DNA of 64,000 bases from Planctomycetota bacterium (lineage in GTDB: Bacteria > Planctomycetota > UBA1135 > GCA-002686595): positions 218,859 through 282,858 of the forward strand of contig CBFIHP010000007.1 in assembly GCA_965662355.1 (NCBI GenBank), written 5' to 3'. The notes below the pieces were generated by a model. That model worked only from the letters and a program-made list of their open reading frames with translations, ran no database searches and was not told the DNA's origin. This document shows, piece after piece, positions 55,754-64,000 of this stretch; within the stretch, counting starts at the first letter, position 1, and each line of letters starts with the position of its first letter. The position numbers and the translations under genes are program-made.

Positions 55754-57934
55754 ATGATCGTCAGCCTCCTGCTTGTCTTCGCGTTGGCCGTGCTCCTCGT
55801 CTGGTACAAGCAGCGCACGCTGTTCCTGACGGAGTATCTGTTCTTCGTCCGTATCCCCCTCGTGTTGGGATTGCTGCTCGTGTTCTTGCCGCTCTACGGT
55901 CCGGCGATGGCTTCGGATCTTCTGGGCAACGTCTTCGAGCTGGATCGCATGGGCACGGCAGTCGTCACCTTCTCCGCCCTGCTCGCCATGTGGAGTATCG
56001 CTTTTACAGGGCGCCTGATATGGATCTCCACGCCCGCGCGTTGCATGTTGTTCCTGTCCCGGGAAGAACAACGTCGCCACCGCGAGGATGACTCGCTCAA
56101 GCGGGCGACCGAGGAGCTACGTCCGAACCTGCTGTCGCCCCTGAACTACATCGCTGCCGGTGTCGTCCTCACGGGGCCACTGCTTTTTCGACTCCTGAGC
56201 TCCGCGCCCAAGTTAGAGGTCCTGATCGGTTATGGATTGGGCCTCGCCTGGGCCGTGGTCTTTCTGGTCGCCGCGCGGAACCTGCGCCTGGAAGCGCCGG
56301 CCCGGTGGTTGCTCTTGCCAGCCGCGCGCGAAATGCCGGAGGGGGTTCAGCGCTACCACCTCAGCGCTGCCTGGTTCTTCTTGATCACCGCCGTCGTCTA
56401 CGTGGGGTTCTTCGTCGCGGGGAACCCACACGTCTTCCCCTGGACGTCGGAGCACATGCCCGCCATCACCTACGTATACCTCTTGGTGATGCTGGTCGAT
56501 TGGATTCTCTCGGCCGCCTCTTTCCAGCTGGATCGCGCCCGCGCACCGCTGTTTTCGGTCGTCTTGATCCTGCTCTTTTGCTTGCAAGCGGTCCGCCCTA
56601 GCAAACACCTGTATAAGGTGGTGCCCCTTGCAGACTCGAGTGCTCCCGCCGGCGCCAGGCAAGAAAACCATGCCATCGGTGTGCTGCAGAGGTCGTGGGT
56701 AAACCGCAACGCCCCTTCCCGTGTTTGCGCCATCGCCTGCAGCGGCGGCGGTATCGTGGCCTCCTATTGGACGGCCTTCGTGCTCGAGCAACTCGAACGC
56801 GAGGCCGCCCCGCCCCAAGGCAGCTTCGGCGATCGCGTCCTCATGATGAGCTCGGTGTCCGGCGGTGGTGTCGGGGCGATGCTCTATGTCGATCGCTTCC
56901 GTCCGGACCGTACGCCACGAAGTGACATGGTCGAAGTCCGCCAGCAGGCCGGCGCCACCAGCCTCGGGGCTGCCATGTGGGGCCTCGCCTATCCGGACCT
57001 CGCCCGCCTGGCCTTGCCTTTCTTCCCGACATACGATCGCGGGTGGGCCATCGAGCGCATCTGGGGCCGACGCATGCGCGATCCCATGACCACCCTCCAC
57101 GATTGGCTCAGGGGGGTGGAAGAGGGCTGGCGCCCGCTGCTCGTCTTCAACGCGACGCACCAGGAAACGGGCGAACGACTGCTTCTCGCTCCGACCTCGA
57201 TGGGATCGTCCACCGACCGCATGCGCACGTCGCTCGCACCGGGCTACGACATGCGCGTAACGACCGCCGCCCGTCTCTCCGCGACCTTTCCCCTGGTCAT
57301 GCCCCAGGCACGGCCCGAGATCGACGCGGCCATTCTGGGCAAGGGCTATCACGTGGCCGATGGTGGCTACTACGACAACTCGGGCGTGGTGACACTGCTC
57401 GAGACGGTGCAGGACTTCGTGCAGGACTCCCAGCACTCTCCCTCGGGCCAGCCCGAGCGCATCGCCATCCTCGAGATCCGCGCCTCTCCCAGCTATTCGG
57501 AAGAGCCCGAGGAAGACGCGCGCGCCATCAAAGGCCCCTTTGCCAACGTCTCCCCCTCCGAGGGTGGTTTCTTGAACCACCTGTTTGGACCGCTGCAAAC
57601 CCTTTTCAACGTGCGTACCTCGTCCCAGTCGGCACGCAACCGTTTCGAGTCACGCCTCTTCGAAAACTCCTCGAACATTCAGCCGGTGCAGATGCGCACC
57701 TTTGTCTTCCAGCTGGGCCCCAACCAACCGCTCTCCTGGCACCTGACGGACGACGAACGCGGCATCATCGAATGCCACTGGCCCACCATGCGCCAGGACG
57801 TTTTCGACGATGTCCTTCAGGAGGCAACCGACGGTGCAGAGCGCGCCCAGGAGCGTCTACGCTGGCTGCGCATCTGCCGCGAAAAGAACGCCGAAGCCCT
57901 GAGGGAACTCCAGGGGTTTCTTTACGGCGACTGA
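55754..57934 (+). CDS. Patatin-like phospholipase fused to a polytopic N-terminal membrane domain of about 300 aa.
   Basis: The N-terminal part has eight or more hydrophobic helices. The patatin core shows the oxyanion motif CSGGGIVASYW (GGGxxG), the nucleophile elbow MSSVSGGGVGAM (GxSxG) and the catalytic Asp motif HVADGGYYDNSG (DGG). Confidence 0.75.
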   Translation: MIVSLLLVFALAVLLVWYKQRTLFLTEYLFFVRIPLVLGLLLVFLPLYGPAMASDLLGNVFELDRMGTAVVTFSALLAMWSIAFTGRLIWISTPARCMLFLSREEQRRHREDDSLKRATEELRPNLLSPLNYIAAGVVLTGPLLFRLLSSAPKLEVLIGYGLGLAWAVVFLVAARNLRLEAPARWLLLPAAREMPEGVQRYHLSAAWFFLITAVVYVGFFVAGNPHVFPWTSEHMPAITYVYLLVMLVDWILSAASFQLDRARAPLFSVVLILLFCLQAVRPSKHLYKVVPLADSSAPAGARQENHAIGVLQRSWVNRNAPSRVCAIACSGGGIVASYWTAFVLEQLEREAAPPQGSFGDRVLMMSSVSGGGVGAMLYVDRFRPDRTPRSDMVEVRQQAGATSLGAAMWGLAYPDLARLALPFFPTYDRGWAIERIWGRRMRDPMTTLHDWLRGVEEGWRPLLVFNATHQETGERLLLAPTSMGSSTDRMRTSLAPGYDMRVTTAARLSATFPLVMPQARPEIDAAILGKGYHVADGGYYDNSGVVTLLETVQDFVQDSQHSPSGQPERIAILEIRASPSYSEEPEEDARAIKGPFANVSPSEGGFLNHLFGPLQTLFNVRTSSQSARNRFESRLFENSSNIQPVQMRTFVFQLGPNQPLSWHLTDDERGIIECHWPTMRQDVFDDVLQEATDGAERAQERLRWLRICREKNAEALRELQGFLYGD

Positions 57935-57947
57935 GTGACGCTCCGAT

Positions 57948-59615
57948 CTACGGCGCCTTCTCCTCGGGCGAGGTGGCGACCTCGGCTTCTTTGGATTCCG
58001 CGGCGGCGCTTTCCGAGGTCTCACCGGATTCTTCCTTGGCTTTCTCCGGTGTGATCGTCTTGGTGGGCTCTTCCTTCATCAGACGACCGAAGTACTCGGG
58101 CATCTCGACACCACCGATGTCCTTCATGATCTGGAGCATCGGCGGTAGGGACGAGCCCAGACCGCGGAGGAAGTTCGAGGCGCCGTTGCCACCCTCGCCG
58201 TTCTGTCCATTGTCCCAGACGATGACCTTGTCGAACTTGACGTTCGAGATGGCGGTGGCGGCGGTCTCGGAGAGTTGCTCCAGGTGCTCGAGCATCATCA
58301 ACTGGAACGCTGATTGCGCGTCGCCGCAACTCTGGACGATGCGCTTCAGGCCGTCGCCCTTCTTGGCCAGGATCTCGAACTGGCCGCGGGCTTCTGCATC
58401 CAGCTTGAGGTAGATCGCGGTAGCTTCCGCCTCGGCGTCGATCTTCTTCATCGCCGCGGCCGCTTCGGCGTCGACGATGGTCTTGGCTTTCTGAGCCTTG
58501 GAGACGGCTTCGAACTTGGCGCGGCTTTCGGCCTCGACCTTGGTGGCCTCGGCTTCGGCGGCGCGAGCTTCGGCCAGATATTGGGCCTCGAGAACCGCGG
58601 CCTTGGCTTCGCGGTAACGCTTTTCTCCGCGCTCGTAGGCCTCGGCCTCCTGTGTACGCAGGTTGGCATTCGTCACGGCGATGGCCGCCTTGGCTTCGTT
58701 CTCGCCGGTGACAGCCTTGGCATTGGCATCGGAGACCCGGATGCGCATTTCGCGTTCTTGATGGCGAACGAGGGATTCCTGTTCGAATTGGGCGGACTGC
58801 TCGCCGACCGAACGCTCCTTCTCCAGCTCGGCAATGCGCACGGAGCGTTCGCGTTCGGCTTCCTTGGTTCCAATGTCACGGACCTTCTCGGCGTTGGCGA
58901 CCTCGATGGCGCGTTCTCGTTCGGCCTGCGCCACACCGATGGCACCCTTCTTGGTCTGCACAGCCACGTCGATCTCGGCCTGGTTGATGGCCGTGGCCGC
59001 CGCCTTGCGACCGATGGCCTCGATGTAGCCGGACTCATCGGTGATGTCGCGAATGTTGACGTTGATCAGCACGAGACCGATCTTCTTCAACTCGGGCTCG
59101 AGCGCGGACTGGACCTTCTCGAGGAAAACGTCGCGGTCCTTGTTGATCTCCTCGATCGCCATCGAGGCGATCACCTGGCGAAGCTGACCGAAGATGATGT
59201 CCTCTGCCTGCTTCATGATTTCCGCGCTCGTGAGGCCGAGCAAACGGATGGCCGCGTTGGACATGGCGTCGGTGTCCGTGCCGATGGCGACGGTGAAGAC
59301 GCTGGGGACGGAAACGCGAATGTTCTCGGAGGAGAGGGCACCCTCGAGCGGGATCTCGATCTGCATCGGATCCAGCGAGAGGTATTCGAAATCCTCGAGG
59401 ATCGGCATGATGAAAGCGCCGCCGCCGTGGAAGGTACGCGAGACGCGGCCAGCCTTGGCGCGTCCATAGACGACGAGAACTCGGTTGCTGGGGCAGCGCT
59501 TGTAGCGGCGCGCAAGCGTGACCAAGAGCCCGACCCCCGAGATTCCGAGCGCCAGAAAAACGAGCGGCCAATAGGGGTTGGCAAAAAGGTCCTGGGTAAG
59601 CAGAGCTAGGTTCAT
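57948..59615 (-). CDS. floT: Flotillin (SPFH/band-7 domain, FloT/YuaG-like).
   Basis: An N-terminal TM/hairpin is followed by an SPFH domain. An EA-rich coiled-coil region (AEKVRDIGTKEAERERSVRIAELEKERSVG ... AEAEATKVEAESRAKFEAV) follows. The start is at the complement of 59613-59615 (MNLALLTQD). Confidence 0.85.
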   Translation of the reverse strand: MNLALLTQDLFANPYWPLVFLALGISGVGLLVTLARRYKRCPSNRVLVVYGRAKAGRVSRTFHGGGAFIMPILEDFEYLSLDPMQIEIPLEGALSSENIRVSVPSVFTVAIGTDTDAMSNAAIRLLGLTSAEIMKQAEDIIFGQLRQVIASMAIEEINKDRDVFLEKVQSALEPELKKIGLVLINVNIRDITDESGYIEAIGRKAAATAINQAEIDVAVQTKKGAIGVAQAERERAIEVANAEKVRDIGTKEAERERSVRIAELEKERSVGEQSAQFEQESLVRHQEREMRIRVSDANAKAVTGENEAKAAIAVTNANLRTQEAEAYERGEKRYREAKAAVLEAQYLAEARAAEAEATKVEAESRAKFEAVSKAQKAKTIVDAEAAAAMKKIDAEAEATAIYLKLDAEARGQFEILAKKGDGLKRIVQSCGDAQSAFQLMMLEHLEQLSETAATAISNVKFDKVIVWDNGQNGEGGNGASNFLRGLGSSLPPMLQIMKDIGGVEMPEYFGRLMKEEPTKTITPEKAKEESGETSESAAAESKEAEVATSPEEKAP

Positions 59616-60229
59616 GCGGATTCTCCTGCTTCTATGGAGGTAACCTCGAAGGTGGCCTCGGTGATCATCGAAACGACGCGGCACGAGCTACCGGTCGGGA
59701 GTTCGGGGCCAGATGTCACGGCTTCGAGCTCGAGACTACGCCCCTGCACGGAGACCGTGATCTTGCCCTTGCCGGCCTTGTTGGCCGGGATGCGCAGATA
59801 GACACGCGCGGTCTTCCCCAGAGCGTTCTTGGGTTGAAGGTGGCCGCTGGACTGCTGGCTTCGAAACCAACGCATCGCAAGGGCGATGAAGAACATCACG
59901 GCGAAGCCCGAGCTGAAGGCCGCCACGGCGGTCGGCAAGGGAGGCCAATCCGATGACGTGCCGGCGGCTCCAACGAGGCCGAAGAGGGTCAGGAACGCCG
60001 CCAGCCCACGAATCGAGAGAAAGCTGAGCCCGTCGCCCCCATCGAGATCATCGACACTGACGTCCGGGTCGATGTCGTCCGCATCTCCCAGCCCGAACAG
60101 ACTCAGGCCCATCTGCCCCAAGAGGACCGATCCGCCCGCGGCGGCGCAGATCAGGTAGATCTTGGTCATCGTCCAGTCGGCGAGGTTGTCCTTGCCGAAG
60201 TCGAGGATCGTGTTCCAGAAGTCTCCCAT
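59612..60229 (-). CDS. NfeD-like (YuaF-type) membrane protein, partner of flotillin.
   Basis: It has N-terminal TM helices and a C-terminal OB-fold-like beta domain (GKTARVYLRIPANKAGKGKITVSVQGRSLELEAVT). It overlaps the flotillin gene by 4 nt, consistent with the yuaF-floT arrangement. Confidence 0.7.
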   Translation of the reverse strand: MGDFWNTILDFGKDNLADWTMTKIYLICAAAGGSVLLGQMGLSLFGLGDADDIDPDVSVDDLDGGDGLSFLSIRGLAAFLTLFGLVGAAGTSSDWPPLPTAVAAFSSGFAVMFFIALAMRWFRSQQSSGHLQPKNALGKTARVYLRIPANKAGKGKITVSVQGRSLELEAVTSGPELPTGSSCRVVSMITEATFEVTSIEAGESA

Positions 60230-60444
60230 AGCGCGTTCAGAGCCCCGGAGGGCCTTCCTCCCTCGGAAACGAGGCCTGCCGCCGTACCCGTCGGAGACGA
60301 GCGAATTCGGACGAACAGAGATTTCTCATGCACGGCCAGGAGAATCCTGCCGCGCGACGGCAGCGATTATTCCACGCTAGCGGGTCTCGTAAACAGCGCT
60401 CCCGGAACTTCCGATAGCTGGATGCCGGCCTATACTGGCCCCCC

Positions 60445-61236
60445 ATGCTGCTCCTCGATCTGCAGGACCTCTTCTTGGAGGTCTCAGGGGACTACGGCTA
60501 CCTATTCGCGTTCTCGGTTCTCCTCCTCTGTGGCGTCGGACTCCCTCTGCCCGAGGAGGTCACACTGATTGGCTCCGGGTTGCTCCTCTACAAGGGAGAG
60601 GTCGAGTTCTTCCCGATCGTGCTCGTCTGCTCGACCGCAATTCTCCTGGGCGACTCGGTCCCGTTCTGGCTGGGCAAGAAGTACGGCATGAACGCTTTGC
60701 AGATTCCCTGGGTGGCGCGCATTGTGCACCCCGAACGGTTCAGCCGGTTGCGACGGCGTTTCGACGAGCACGGGAACTGGGCAACCTTTGCCTGCCGCTT
60801 CTTTGCAGGAATTCGCATCCCGGGATACTTCCTCGCCGGGACCATGGATATGCGCTATTCGCGCTTCATCTTGCTCGACGGACTAGGGATTTTGATTTCG
60901 GTTCCGGCCTCGATCTTCCTCGGGAAGATCTTCGGTGGCTCGATCGACAGTCTGAAGGAGCGGGTCGCGGACATGCACCTGATCCTCGCCTTCCTGGCCC
61001 TTTCGCTGGTCCTCGTACTGATCCTGCGCCACCGCCGCCAGCCCCGCGGCATGCAAGCACCGCATCCTGCTCCGGGCACGCTCGAGGAGACCATGGCGTC
61101 GCACACCCGGAGTGAAGAGCAGGATGAAAAGCGGGATGCAGAGCAGGAGGCCGCAGGCACGGCGGAGTTCGGGCTCTCCCAGGAGCCCCTGAGCGAGCGC
61201 GAGACAAAATCGGCTCGGCGATCCGCAGTCGAGTAG
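60445..61236 (+). CDS. DedA-family (SNARE-associated/TVP38) membrane protein.
   Basis: YLFAFSVLLLCGVGLPLPEEVTLIGSGLL, the GKKYG motif and ...FFAGIRIPGYFLAGTM are typical of the DedA core. Confidence 0.8.
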   Translation: MLLLDLQDLFLEVSGDYGYLFAFSVLLLCGVGLPLPEEVTLIGSGLLLYKGEVEFFPIVLVCSTAILLGDSVPFWLGKKYGMNALQIPWVARIVHPERFSRLRRRFDEHGNWATFACRFFAGIRIPGYFLAGTMDMRYSRFILLDGLGILISVPASIFLGKIFGGSIDSLKERVADMHLILAFLALSLVLVLILRHRRQPRGMQAPHPAPGTLEETMASHTRSEEQDEKRDAEQEAAGTAEFGLSQEPLSERETKSARRSAVE

Positions 61237-61483
61237 GAGCGGCCGAGAACGGGTCCCGGGAACCGGCGCAGAAAGCCCCGGCGGCGTGTGCCTCCTCCAG
61301 ATTTTGCGGATAGACTGCCCGTCCCAAGAACCCGCCAAAACGGCATCTTGGGAAACCCTCACACCAGCTCTTCCACGTCGCCCACGCAGCACGTTTTCTC
61401 CTCCATGCATCTGGCGGAAGAGCCGAAGTCCCCAGTCTTCTCCAGGTCCTACCTGACTTTCCCAGGAACGCTACCTCTCAAGG

Positions 61484-63520
<2,037 letters not shown>

Positions 63521-63594
63521 CGGGTGCTGCCGAAACCGTCGTAGACCCCCTTTTCGACCAGGAGGACTCGAACCGGAGTCCCTCCAGGAAATAC

Positions 63595-63631
63595 GGCGTC
63601 GGGCCCTTCGCCCGGCGCCGTTCTTTTTTTT
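63595..63631 (+). terminator. Rho-independent terminator downstream of hppA.
   Basis: The GC-rich hairpin GGCGTCGGGC-CCTTC-GCCCGGCGCC is followed by GTTCTTTTTTTT. Confidence 0.6.
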
Positions 63632-63721
63632 GGCCCGCCGAGTCCCTCTCCAGCCCTCGCAATTTTTGCCGTCGGGGGAGTACGATGTCGTCCTACACGG
63701 GATTGCTCGACAGGAGACGCC

Positions 63722-64000
63722 ATAGAAGCCATCACCCTCGCCGCCCTCGCCGCAAGGCTCGCCGAAGAGAAGAAAGCTGAGCGGATCGAAGTCATCGAAG
63801 TCCGGGACCAGTTGAAGGTCGCGGACTATTTCGTCGTCTGTGGGGGCCTCAACCGCCAACACGTGCGCGCCATTCAAAACGAGCTGCACGTGCGCCTGAA
63901 GGCCATGGGCGAAAACCACAAGCCGATCGAAGGCGTTGAAGTCTCCTGGTGGATCGTCCTCGACTACGGAGACGTCGTCGTGCACATCCTTCAACCCGAA
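63722..64000 (+). CDS. rsfS: Ribosomal silencing factor RsfS (Iojap), partial; the 3' end lies beyond the window and the start is unresolved.
   Basis: The frame encodes DAIEAITLAALAARLAEEKKAERIEVIEVRDQLKVADYFVVCGGLNRQHVRAIQNELHVRLKAMGENHKPIEGVEVSWWIVLDYGDVVVHILQPE, matching RsfS (DYFVI...S.RQV.AI...DYGDVVVH). No ATG, GTG or TTG occurs in this frame between the upstream stop at 63542 and the conserved region. The nearest ATG at 63685 is out of frame. Confidence 0.6.
   Translation, partial: MEAITLAALAARLAEEKKAERIEVIEVRDQLKVADYFVVCGGLNRQHVRAIQNELHVRLKAMGENHKPIEGVEVSWWIVLDYGDVVVHILQPE

Overview
This is a 64 kb high-GC (about 65-70%) bacterial chromosomal window, densely coding on both strands. 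It looks mostly like a core or housekeeping region with a secretome-rich left end, not an obvious mobile or defense island. I found no tRNA, rRNA, CRISPR array, integrase or transposase, but an uncalled tRNA in the intergenic gaps cannot be excluded without a tRNA search. No single new multi-gene system stands out; the candidates most worth a second look are listed at the end.

The genes I can support, left to right:
- A partial secreted protein gene running off the 5' edge.
- A secreted FG-GAP/ASPIC (CRTAC1-like) protein.
- A secreted M43 zinc metalloprotease.
- A hypothetical secreted protein.
- A TetR-family regulator followed by an ABC1/UbiB-family kinase, with twin palindromic operator-like sites upstream of the regulator gene.
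- An SNF2-family helicase.
- A DUF1697 protein.
- A TylF/CmcI-like methyltransferase.
- An ankyrin-repeat protein.
- A secreted alpha/beta hydrolase.
- A small conserved-looking ORF.
- DbpA RNA helicase, translationally coupled to a DUF2132-like small protein.
- A secreted protein with two methyltransferase domains, followed by a polytopic membrane protein.
- An orphan error-prone-type DNA polymerase (DnaE2/ImuC-like).
- A truncated pyridoxamine 5'-phosphate oxidase (PNPOx)-like remnant.
- A protein made of four tandem GcrA/Myb-like helix-turn-helix repeats, with twin perfect palindromes in its promoter.
- An orphan PTS enzyme I.
- Tex, carrying a long acidic pentapeptide-repeat insertion and an RGG-rich tail, in an apparent operon with two membrane proteins.
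- A DJ-1/PfpI-like protein with Trp at the expected Cys nucleophile position.
- A beta-propeller-like hypothetical.
- A stand-alone EF-G paralog.
- A class-I-type HMG-CoA reductase overlapping a membrane protein gene.
- A CDA-fold deaminase.
- An M14 carboxypeptidase lipoprotein.
- A TerC-family protein.
- An RND pump, membrane fusion protein, acyl-CoA synthetase and PKD-repeat protein cluster.
- A MauE/DoxX-thioredoxin-like fusion.
- A patatin-like phospholipase fused to a large N-terminal membrane domain.
- A flotillin/NfeD pair.
- A DedA-family protein.
- A membrane H+-pyrophosphatase.
- The start of rsfS.

Many long shadow ORFs in the six-frame track, antisense or upstream of real genes, are GC-content artefacts and are not called. 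The candidates most worth a second look are the membrane-anchored patatin next to the MauE-thioredoxin and flotillin genes, the four-repeat GcrA-like DNA-binding protein with its palindromic operators beside the orphan dnaE2 and PNPOx remnant, the lone HMG-CoA reductase module, and the Tex insertion.
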